59,695 bases of DNA from positions 1 through 59,695 of the forward strand of contig JAGWDQ010000070.1 in assembly GCA_018260615.1 (NCBI GenBank), read 5' to 3'. Below the pieces are notes generated by a model, which saw only the letters and a program-made list of their open reading frames with translations, was not told the origin of the DNA and did not search any database. Below, piece by piece: positions 35,098-43,958 of the stretch; position 1 is the stretch's first letter, and each line of letters opens with the position of its first letter. The position numbers were made by a program, and so were the translations under genes. The DNA comes from Candidatus Altarchaeum sp. Lineage in GTDB: Archaea; Altiarchaeota; Altiarchaeia; Altiarchaeales; Altiarchaeaceae.

Positions 35098-36566
35098 ATG
35101 GACAAGGACTTTGTTATTGCCTATCTGAAAAAGAGAAATTACTGGTGAGACAGCGGAAAGATAAACGAAAAAGATGCCGGAATTGAAAGAGGGGCTTATA
35201 TGAATGAAATTGAGGATGTCCTAAAATTAGACCGGATAATTTGCCTGTCGGGAATAAGAAGATGCGGGAAAAGCACCCTGATGTTCCAGTTGATTGACCG
35301 GCTAATAAAGAGCAATATTGAGCCAAAAAGAATTGTCTATGCAAAAGCAGATGACCTGCCTGGAAGGACTGATTCCCTCCATGACATTGTTAATGTTTAT
35401 CATGAAATAACAGGAATAGACCCAAATAAGGCATTTTTCTTTTTTGACGAAATTCATTTTATGGAAAACTGGCACCTGCAGCTAAAATTTTACATTGATG
35501 CGAAATTTAAGGGAAAATTTATAGTTAGCGGTTCATCCAAAACATTACTTTATAAAGACGCTTCGGAAAGTTTAGTCGGAAGAATAAGATTTATAAAGAT
35601 CTTTCCGCTGACATTCGGGGAGTTTGTTAAATTTAGCGACAGCAGCATAAATACAGATACAAATAACTCCGCATCTGCAATATCTGCCGAAAGCATAGAC
35701 GAAATAAAAAATGCTCACACAAAGTCACAGAGTGTATTTCCCCTTTGTGTCTCTGTGTCTCCGTGTGAGGATAATAAAACGAACTTTCCTGTACGATAAA
35801 AAAAATTTATTACGAGCTAATTCCGAAAAAAGAAAAAATTCTTTACCTGTTCGGAGAGTACTTAAAAGTCGGGGGCTTTCCGGAATGGTTTAAAGTCAAA
35901 GATATTATGCAGTGGAGAAAAATACTTGTTGATGATTATCTTTCACTGATTCTTTTTAAAGATATAGTGCACACATTCAAAATAAAAGATCCTGCCCTGC
36001 TGGAAAAATTGGTTAGGGAAACAGCAAAATTTTCAACCCAAAGGTTCAGTTATGTTTCTTTGTCAAACAGAATGGAAGCAAACAGGGAAACGATAAAACT
36101 TTACATTTATTATTTATCTGCATCTATGCTGGTCTTTATTTCAGATGTTTATTCAAAAAACAAGAAAGCAAGAGAAAGGGCGGAAAAGAAAATTTATTTT
36201 TGGGAAGAAGGAATGAGAAGAGCGTTAACACTTGACGAGGATGAAGCGATGAGTGTAGAAAATATTACTGCGTGGCATCTTATTAAAGAGGGATTTTCAA
36301 AAAAGGTATTCTTTGAGTCGTTTTACTGGAAAAACGGATATGAGGTGGATTTTGTGCTTGAGACAGATATATTGCTGCCCGTGGAAGTAAAATACAGGGA
36401 AAAGCCATATGAGATTAAGGGTATGCTGGACTTTGCAGATAAATTTTCCGTCAAAAGAGGAATTGTTGTAACAAAAGACACAATTGACGAAAAGACATTT
36501 GATATTAATGGCAAAAAGGTAAAAATTTTATTCATTCCCGCATGGCTGTTTTTATTAGCCATTTAA
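35098..36566 (+). pseudogene. AAA+ ATPase with DUF4143-like C-terminus (COG1373-type), inactivated
   Basis: It is a paralog of 53286..54643. There is an in-frame TGA at 35146-35148 where the paralog has Trp (YW* versus HWW). A 91-bp MITE at 35711-35801 shifts the frame. The last codons are replaced at a junction with a copy of the purL 3' end. Confidence 0.75.
35711..35801 (+). mobile_element. MITE family A copy 3 (minimal form) inserted in the ATPase gene
   Basis: The flanking coding sequence reads ..IDEIKN on one side and KIYYELIP.. on the other, collinear with the paralog's NEIKKNYYNLIT. The element is flanked by A-runs. Confidence 0.75.
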
Positions 36567-36735
36567 CGGAGTTTTCCATGCATCTCTTAACTCCTTTACC
36601 TCTGTTACAAAAACAAAAATTTCGCTCAAAAATGTAAAAATTGAGGTGGAAAGTGCGGTTGTAAAGAAGGGATACTAAATTTTTATTAAATTTTAATTTA
36701 TTTATTTACATTCATATTTATTTACAAAGTTTGGA
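36549..36735. repeat. Displaced copies of the purL 3' end (36549-36593) and of the cdhC 3' end plus downstream spacer (36605-36735)
   Basis: 36549-36593 matches 39617-39658 with 3 mismatches. GAGGTGGAAAGTGCGGTTGT(A/G)AAGAAGGGATACTAAATTTTTATT matches the region around 30575-30625. Confidence 0.8.
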
Positions 36736-37120
36736 AATTTTTATTTATATTTTGTGAAAATGAAATGAGAGTCCTTAGGAATCAAGTGCCGGACCGGTGG
36801 AAAATACTCGTGCATTCCTTCCATCGTTAATAAAAAGCCTACTCAGGCATCTCTAAAACTTAGAGGCGAGGATGCAGCAAGATGTGAAATGTAAAAAGTG
36901 ATAAAAAGGATAAATACATATAGGAGCAGTGAAAACATAAGCCACATAAAAGGTCCATTAGACAACATAGTTGGAGATACTAAATAATGTTCAGACAATG
37001 GAGAATAGATACAAACCTGGTTAGGATATCACTATAAAATGGAAGGATATGCGAACTAAGTTCGGATATGGACAGGATATATAAAATGGCGCCTGTGAAA
37101 AATAATATAGGAGATAGAAG

Positions 37121-37894
37121 ATGACAAAAAAAATCTTAAAAAATAAGCCGCTTGTAGAGGCTATATTTGAGTTACGGTGGGAACTTCAAGAGCATAATCA
37201 GGGACTGAAGACAGATCCACATTATAGAATAATAGTTGGCAGGATATATGATAAAGTTAGCAATGAATATCCATTTCATGAGCAATTACCCGCGGCAAGT
37301 ATACCTGATCAAATTGCGGGATATGTGGTTCAGCATCGATTTAGGAAAGGCAAAGATCAGTGGCCTCTTATTCAGATAGGTCCCGGAATCATCACTGTCA
37401 ACGATACCGACGGATACCTGTGGGAGGATTTTGAGAAGAGAATCATCAAATCTGTTAATACTCTCTTTGAATCTTATCCTGATTCAAAAAATAATTTAAA
37501 ACTTAGTAGTGTGGTATTACGTTATATTGACGGTATTGCTTTTGATTTTGAAAAAGAAGATATATTCAGTTTTTTAAAAGAACAAATGAAAACAAGTATA
37601 AATTTGTACCCGAAACTATTTGAAGATACAGGAGTAAAAAAGCAACCTTTGGATTTCGACCTGAGAAATTCTTTTGTCTCTACAAAACCCAAAGGAGTAG
37701 TTCATATTAGATTTGTTCGGGGCAAAACAAAAGAGTTGGATGCATTATTACTGGAAACAATAGTTCAATCGACTACTGAATATGTTCCTAAAGGTCAAGA
37801 TGAAATTGTTGATTGGGTAAAAGATGCACATGATTTAACGGATGACTGGTTTTTTAAACTAATACGGGGAAAATTATTAAGGAGATTTGAATAA
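37121..37894 (+). CDS. TIGR04255-like uncharacterised protein
   Basis: The N-terminus KNKPLVEAIFELRWEL resembles that family's signature, from recollection; 257 aa. Confidence 0.45.
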   Translation: MTKKILKNKPLVEAIFELRWELQEHNQGLKTDPHYRIIVGRIYDKVSNEYPFHEQLPAASIPDQIAGYVVQHRFRKGKDQWPLIQIGPGIITVNDTDGYLWEDFEKRIIKSVNTLFESYPDSKNNLKLSSVVLRYIDGIAFDFEKEDIFSFLKEQMKTSINLYPKLFEDTGVKKQPLDFDLRNSFVSTKPKGVVHIRFVRGKTKELDALLLETIVQSTTEYVPKGQDEIVDWVKDAHDLTDDWFFKLIRGKLLRRFE

Positions 37895-38442
37895 TGTTAT
37901 ACGAGATGACTTATCAGAATGTGACGACGGAATTTCATCAATTCCAGGATGTATTTGCGAGTAGTTCAAGGGAAGAAATTAGTGCAAGTGAAATATCGAG
38001 AAGGTTGTTTTTAAATTTTAAAGGGAAACAATTTGAAAAACCTTTGTTTGCTGCTCTAAATCCCTCACAGATATTGCAAATTGATTATTCGTCCTCGATA
38101 TATCACACTCTTGAATTTAAAAGTGAAACAGCACTCACCGAAGAGCCCTTTAAAAAGACAGAGCCGATAAATGTCTTAGAAACAGTATCAGGAATCTGTG
38201 ATAAACTGATTCTGGAAGAAAAAATTTTTAGAGAAATAGATAAGACAAAACTGCTCAGAACTATATCCGAAATACTTAATGAGATTCCTTCTGAACAAAT
38301 GAAAATTCCTGAAGACGAGCTATTTGAAAGAATAAGAGGAGTTTTAGTATTAGAAATTGTATCAGGAACCCTGAACGAATTAACTCCCAAACAGATAAAA
38401 AATTTTGATGAAGCAGTGAAAAGGAGGCATCTTTTTAAATGA
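37894..38442 (+). CDS. Hypothetical protein, translationally coupled on both sides
   Basis: TAATG overlap at 37891-37896 and ATGA overlap at 38439-38442; 182 aa; no motif recognised. Confidence 0.45.
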   Translation: MLYEMTYQNVTTEFHQFQDVFASSSREEISASEISRRLFLNFKGKQFEKPLFAALNPSQILQIDYSSSIYHTLEFKSETALTEEPFKKTEPINVLETVSGICDKLILEEKIFREIDKTKLLRTISEILNEIPSEQMKIPEDELFERIRGVLVLEIVSGTLNELTPKQIKNFDEAVKRRHLFK

Positions 38443-38840
38443 CATACGTGCTAGATACAAATATTATTACAGCAATTTTGAAAGGAAATGAAAAAGTAAA
38501 AAAAATGGCACAAAAATCCAAATTAGAAGGTAAAAAGGTTTTCATAAATGGAATAAGTTATTATGAGATAAAACGTGGTCTTCTGGCAACTAATGCCACT
38601 GCGCAATTAAAGAGATTTGAAATGCTTTGTAGAGAATTTGATTTGGTGCTATTAGATACTCATGATATTTTTGACAGGGCTGCTGAAATCTATGCAGATT
38701 TGCGTCGGAGAGGGGAACTTCTCGAAGATGCAGATATTTTGATAGCTTCCATAGTCATCTTCCGAAATTTTATTCTTGTCTCGAACGATACAGATTTCAA
38801 TAGAATCCATGGACTAAAGATCGAAAACTGGCTAAACTAA
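38439..38840 (+). CDS. vapC: PIN-domain ribonuclease (VapC-like toxin)
   Basis: Contains MTYVLDTNIITAIL (first acidic residue), ..EDADILIAS.. and VSNDTDF. Confidence 0.75.
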   Translation: MTYVLDTNIITAILKGNEKVKKMAQKSKLEGKKVFINGISYYEIKRGLLATNATAQLKRFEMLCREFDLVLLDTHDIFDRAAEIYADLRRRGELLEDADILIASIVIFRNFILVSNDTDFNRIHGLKIENWLN

Positions 38841-38868
38841 TGGAGATATAACATTGGTGCCATTTCAT

Positions 38869-38950
38869 ATAACAAAGCATATATGGCTTTGGTGATGTGC
38901 ACATCCGCCCAAATTCCCCATCAGGAACTTCAGATATGCTCGTCCGTTAT
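38869..38950 (+). other. attC-like imperfect palindrome D (82 nt)
   Basis: ATAAC-N3-GCATATAT ... CAAATT..CAGGAACTTC-AGATATGC-N6-GTTAT. It starts 29 nt after the stop at 38840. Confidence 0.45.
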
Positions 38951-39092
38951 CCTGAAATTCCAAACTTGATCAAAATACAAAATTTCAATATTTATTTATA
39001 TTTATTTACAAAGTTTGGAAATTTTTATTTATATTTTTATTCATAATTTCGGACTGAAACAAAAAAGACCAATTTTTTAATAATTTTGCACC

Positions 39093-39524
39093 ATGGAACT
39101 AACATCAACATATTCAAATACGTTATTGGAAATGATAAGTGTTTTAAATACATTTAGTGTATCTAAATTTGTCTGGAAAAAATACGAAAAATTTGCAATA
39201 CCGAAAATTGAGGATAGTACAATAAAGATCAGAGGAACATTTTATGATTTAAACAATTTAAAACCAAAACAGGCCGAACAGGAATTGCAAACTTTAAATC
39301 AATTTAAACCATTATTATACCAGTTAAAACAACAATTAGAATTAATAGAGGACATGGAATTTTTAAAATTTAAAAATACAGCTTTGGATTTTTTTACCAC
39401 ACTGAAAGAGATAACAGATACGTTAAATGAGATTACAGATATTCATAGTTCTTATAAAAGAGCAATGCCTGTTTTAGCAAAGGACTGGGATAGACCCGAA
39501 GATAATCACTGGGATAATTACTAA
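39093..39524 (+). CDS. Hypothetical protein
   Basis: 143-aa ORF, helical, no motif recognised. Confidence 0.4.
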   Translation: MELTSTYSNTLLEMISVLNTFSVSKFVWKKYEKFAIPKIEDSTIKIRGTFYDLNNLKPKQAEQELQTLNQFKPLLYQLKQQLELIEDMEFLKFKNTALDFFTTLKEITDTLNEITDIHSSYKRAMPVLAKDWDRPEDNHWDNY

Positions 39525-39620
39525 AATGAATTTCACAAAATTTCAATTAACAACTAACGCAAATGAAACCCGCATAATCTACCAAAACTTGCTGGTTTTG
39601 TTTGTATAGAATAAATTTTA

Positions 39621-42566
39621 TTAGCCATTTAACGGAGTTTTCCACGCATCCCTTAATTCATCAATATCCACATTAATTATTTCCTTTTCTTCTTTTCCTT
39701 CATTTCCTTTAACTATAAATTTCCTGTCCTTTCTCACAAATCCGATATTGGCAAAATTTATCCCTTTCATTAAATTTTCAAATTTTGTCTTGTTTTCTTC
39801 TTTAAGAGAAATAACAAATCTGCCCGCACTTTCTGAAAACAAAATTTTCTCGTTGCTTAAATTTCCTTCTTTCGGAACATTTGCCAGATTTATTTCAATT
39901 CCGACATCTCCCGAAAACGCACATTCTGCAAGTGCAACCGCAAGCCCTCCGTCAGAGCAGTCATGACACGATTCGGTTAAATTTTGAGCAATTGCTTTGC
40001 TGACCGTTCTATAAATTTTTTGTGAAATTTTAAAATCTATCTTTGGGACATTTTTCCCGCTCAATCCATGCTCCGCATAAAATTCACCTGCTCCCAATTC
40101 ATCATTTGTCAGTCCGACAACATAAATCAAATCCCCCGCATTTTTGAACTCGGCAGTCATTGATTTACGAACATCGTCAATTTTGCTCATTGCAGTAATT
40201 AACAGCGTAGGAACACCCGAAATTTTAACAACATTTCCCGATAAATCCTTTCCCGTATAGTCAATTGACATGCTGTCTTTTCCCGAAATTAAAGGTGTCT
40301 CATAAGCCAGACAGGCGTCATAAAGTCCTTTACACGCCCTGACAAGTTGTGCCGCCTTAAATTTATCATGAAGCGGAGACGGCCAGCAGAAATTATCAAC
40401 CAATGAAATATCTTCAAATTTTCCCCCGCAGCAAATAATGTTCCTTATTGCTTCATCAACGGCATTTGCAGCCATCCAGTAGGTGTCAATATCACTGAAT
40501 TTCGGGCAAATTCCGCAGCCAATTACAACACCTTCCTTACTATCAAGTATTGGTTTTATTACTGCGCCATCACTCAATCCATCCCTGTTTTTTCCCATAA
40601 TGGGTTTTATTATGCTTCCGCCCTGAACTTCGTGGTCATACTTCCTTATAATACCTTCTTTGCTCGCAATATTAAGCCGGGATAAAATTTTCTTTAAAAT
40701 TTCACTCAAATCCTTAACTTTTATTTCTCTCTCTTTATATCCTTCATTATCCAAATTTCCGTTCCATTCCGCCTTTAACTTCATCTTGGGAACGCCTTTG
40801 TGCAAAAATTTAATATCCATATCTGCAACAACTTCACCTTCATAAAAAGCGACAAATTTTCCGGTGTTTGTAAATTTTCCGACAACCGTTGCTTCAACAT
40901 CGTATTTCTTTGCCACGTCTAAAAATTTTTGCAGGTTTTCCCCGGATAAAACAACACTCATTCTTTCCTGTGATTCACTGACTAAAATTTCCCACGGCTG
41001 CAAACCGGCATATTTTAGCGGAACTTGAGCAAGCTCAATTTCACACCCATCGCTAATTTCAGCAAGTTCGCCTATTGAACTGCTTAAACCGCCCGCTCCG
41101 TTATCGGTAATTGCCCTGTAAAGCAGATGAGCTCTCGCATCAGTTAAAAAGTCAAGCATCTTCTTTTGTGTGATTGGATCACCAATCTGAACTGCTGTTG
41201 CAGGACTTCCTTCATGGAATTCTTCCGATGAAAATGTTGCCCCGTGAATTCCGTCTTTGCCAACCCTTCCGCCAACCATCACTGCATAATCACCGGGAGA
41301 AATTTCTTTAATATGGGTAAATTTATTTTTAATTACAGAAGGCATTATTCCGAGCGTTCCGCAAAAGACCAAGGGCTTGCCAAGAAATCTGTCATCAAAA
41401 ACAATTGCCCCGTTTACAGTCGGAATCCCGCTTTTGTTTCCTCCGTCTTCTATACCTTTGACAACACCTTCAAATATCCGTTTGGGATGCAAAATTTTTG
41501 CAGGTAAATTTTTAGCATAAAATGGATTTGCAAAGCAGAAAACATCTGTATTTGCGATGGGCTTTGCTCCCAATCCGACACCCATAATGTCTCTGTTCAC
41601 TCCAAGAATTCCCGTTAATGCACCGCCATAAGGATCTAATGCAGACGGAGCATTATGGGTTTCAACCTTTATTGCATAATTAAATTTGTTATCGAACTTC
41701 GCAATTCCTGCGTTATCGGAAAATACTGAAATCAGGCATTCATTCCTTCTCGTATTTGTCCTTTTTATTTCTTCTGTTACTTTAAAAATAAAATTTTTAA
41801 ATAACGAATCAATCTTTTCCTCTTTTCCATCTTCATTGTAATAAATTTCAGCGTTAAAAATTTTATGCTTGCAGTGTTCGCTCCATGTCTGTGCAAGACA
41901 TTCAATTTCAACATCAGTCGGATTTCTGTTCTGCTTTTTAAAATAATCCCTTATTGCCTGCATCTCATTTAAATTCAAAGCAAGCACTCTATCTTTGCTG
42001 ATTTTCATTAATTCCTCATCGCCAACATTTAAATTTATTTCCCGAACTTTAATTTTCTCTTTAAGCAATACCTTTGGTGCTTTAATTTCCATCAAATCAA
42101 CTTTTCCGTTTTCAAAAATTTTGCTGTCATTTATTAATTCATTTGAGAGATAGTTTGAAATTTTTAGTGCATTGTCTTTATTTAAATTTCCTATAAAGAA
42201 ATATTGCTTTGAGGTATAGACATCAACATCTCTGTTTATTGCATCTTTAATTGCCTCTTTTGCTGTCTTTCCGACATTATCAGTAACTCCCGGCTTGAAA
42301 GAAACCCAGATTAACTCGGAGAAATTTGTTAGCAAAAGTTCATTGATGGCAAAAATTTGCGTGATTTTGTCAGCGAATACATTTTTAGCAATAAAATTTA
42401 ACTCTTGCTTATCTAAATTTCCATCAATTAAATAGCAGTCAAATATTCTTATATTTTCTATGCTTTTTGATTTTACTTTTAAATCGCTCAAAATTTTATT
42501 TCTTAAATTTTCTCCTTGCATGTCTTTTAAATTTTCCTTAAAGCCGACAAATATGAAATTTTGCAT
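39621..42566 (-). CDS. purL: Phosphoribosylformylglycinamidine synthase PurL with an N-terminal PurS-like extension
   Basis: 981 aa. Contains QTWSEHCKHK, VETHNAPSALDPYGGA, GRVGKDGIHGATFSS and SESQERM. Confidence 0.9.
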   Translation of the reverse strand: MQNFIFVGFKENLKDMQGENLRNKILSDLKVKSKSIENIRIFDCYLIDGNLDKQELNFIAKNVFADKITQIFAINELLLTNFSELIWVSFKPGVTDNVGKTAKEAIKDAINRDVDVYTSKQYFFIGNLNKDNALKISNYLSNELINDSKIFENGKVDLMEIKAPKVLLKEKIKVREINLNVGDEELMKISKDRVLALNLNEMQAIRDYFKKQNRNPTDVEIECLAQTWSEHCKHKIFNAEIYYNEDGKEEKIDSLFKNFIFKVTEEIKRTNTRRNECLISVFSDNAGIAKFDNKFNYAIKVETHNAPSALDPYGGALTGILGVNRDIMGVGLGAKPIANTDVFCFANPFYAKNLPAKILHPKRIFEGVVKGIEDGGNKSGIPTVNGAIVFDDRFLGKPLVFCGTLGIMPSVIKNKFTHIKEISPGDYAVMVGGRVGKDGIHGATFSSEEFHEGSPATAVQIGDPITQKKMLDFLTDARAHLLYRAITDNGAGGLSSSIGELAEISDGCEIELAQVPLKYAGLQPWEILVSESQERMSVVLSGENLQKFLDVAKKYDVEATVVGKFTNTGKFVAFYEGEVVADMDIKFLHKGVPKMKLKAEWNGNLDNEGYKEREIKVKDLSEILKKILSRLNIASKEGIIRKYDHEVQGGSIIKPIMGKNRDGLSDGAVIKPILDSKEGVVIGCGICPKFSDIDTYWMAANAVDEAIRNIICCGGKFEDISLVDNFCWPSPLHDKFKAAQLVRACKGLYDACLAYETPLISGKDSMSIDYTGKDLSGNVVKISGVPTLLITAMSKIDDVRKSMTAEFKNAGDLIYVVGLTNDELGAGEFYAEHGLSGKNVPKIDFKISQKIYRTVSKAIAQNLTESCHDCSDGGLAVALAECAFSGDVGIEINLANVPKEGNLSNEKILFSESAGRFVISLKEENKTKFENLMKGINFANIGFVRKDRKFIVKGNEGKEEKEIINVDIDELRDAWKTPLNG

Positions 42567-42574
42567 TTTAAAAA

Positions 42575-42740
42575 ATCATTAGATTTTTAAAGATTGAAAA
42601 TCTCAAAGATTTTCAGTATTTATAAACCTTTGCTAATTAAAATTTCATTAATTTTAAAATTTGATTTGAAATTTAATTATTAAAAAATATTTGAAATATT
42701 TTTTAAGATTGAAAATTTCTCAAAGAAATTTTAATTATTT
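42575..42740. repeat. Hairpin-module repeat block in the purL/thyX divergent intergenic region
   Basis: AGATTGAAAATCTCAAAGATTTTCAGTATT and related GAAAATCT/AGATTTTC palindromes are shared with 21477, 43591 and 50705-50830. Confidence 0.6.
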
Positions 42741-42769
42741 ACAAAATTTACAAAATCTATAAATTTAAA

Positions 42770-43399
42770 ATGAACATTGAATTACTATCCATCACCCCCA
42801 ATGCAGAAAAGCTAATAGAAACAGCAGGCCGCACCGCTTACCGGTCATTAAATAAACAGGGAGATGGCACAGAAAAGGCATTTGTCCGAATGTTAGTCAA
42901 ACGAGGGCATCTTTCCGTATTGGAACACGCTCATGCAACATTTGGAATTTCAGGTGTTTCAAGAGCATTTACGCATCAGTTAGTAAGACACCGACTATGT
43001 TCCTTTACCCAGCAGTCGCAAAGATATGTCAGCGAGGAAAATTTTAATTACACCGAACCAGAGTCAATGAAGAATAATCCGAAGGCACATCTGCTTTTTA
43101 CTAAATTTATGGCTCACGCAAAATCACTTTATCTGGAATTACAAAAATCAGGGCTTAAAAATGAAGACGCAAGATTTGTGCTGCCTAATGCAGTTGAGAG
43201 CCATATCATAGTCACCGCAAATTTCAGGGAATGGAGACATATAATTGAACTCAGGGGAAAGCCGGATGCACAATGGGAGATAAGAAAAGCAGCGATTGAA
43301 ATTTTAAAAGTGTTAAAAACGCACGCACCTGAGGCATTTGAGGACTTTGAAATTGATGAAGGGAGGGAAATTATAAATAAAATACGCTCTTACCTATAA
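42770..43399 (+). CDS. thyX: Flavin-dependent thymidylate synthase ThyX
   Basis: Contains the RHRLCSFTQQSQRY signature (RHR..S....S.R). Confidence 0.9.
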   Translation: MNIELLSITPNAEKLIETAGRTAYRSLNKQGDGTEKAFVRMLVKRGHLSVLEHAHATFGISGVSRAFTHQLVRHRLCSFTQQSQRYVSEENFNYTEPESMKNNPKAHLLFTKFMAHAKSLYLELQKSGLKNEDARFVLPNAVESHIIVTANFREWRHIIELRGKPDAQWEIRKAAIEILKVLKTHAPEAFEDFEIDEGREIINKIRSYL

Positions 43400-43439
43400 T
43401 ATCGTGAGTTTATTATGAAATTTCAAAAATTTCCGCTGT

Positions 43440-43900
43440 TATTTTAAGTTTACTTAAAATGCCTGAACGATAGTGAAGGTATTTTTAAACTTGTTTAAAA
43501 ATCTCCGAACGATTTACAAATACTGAAACCTTCGGTTTCAATCTTTAAAAAATCTGCGAGATTTTTTAAATCGCGGAGATTTGAAATAGTGAAAATCTAC
43601 AAGATTTTCAATCTTATTTTTAAATCACCTCATTATCATTCGGAGATTTTAAAAACTCTGTTTTTAAAATCGCAGAGATTTAAAAATCTCCGAACGAAGC
43701 GAGGTGACAAAATGTTTGAAACATTTTGTAAAGACACGATTTTCAAACCCGCAGTTTTCAAAACGCAGAGTTTTGAAAATCTCCGAACGAAGTGAGGTGA
43801 TTTTAAATTCGCAAAGAATTTAAAATATGAGAGTGAAACGAACTTAAGTTTTGAAAAGACACGAACGAAGTGAGTGGAACGAAGTGAACGTATAGTGAGG
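43440..43900. repeat. Dense array of short A/T-rich palindromes (hairpin-module block)
   Basis: Perfect small palindromes occur at 43547-43567, 43591-43609 and 43708-43728. The motif AAAATCTCCGAACGAAG(C/T)GAGGTGA occurs at 43684-43708 and 43776-43800. Confidence 0.7.
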
Positions 43901-43958
43901 TTATCACGGATTCAAAAATAAGAGCCAAATTTATAATAAATTTAACAATTTCCATAGA

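Noticed and set aside
35146-35148. In-frame TGA at a conserved Trp position as evidence for TGA=Trp recoding
   Set aside because: TGA clearly terminates other well-supported genes in the window (for example at 21321, 48022 and 54643). The same gene carries further disabling lesions, so a nonsense mutation is the simpler reading.
36760-37120. GC-richer ORF-free stretch as a structured ncRNA gene
   Set aside because: I could not fold it into, or match it to, any known RNA family by eye. Only the GGATAT repeats near its 3' end are reportable.
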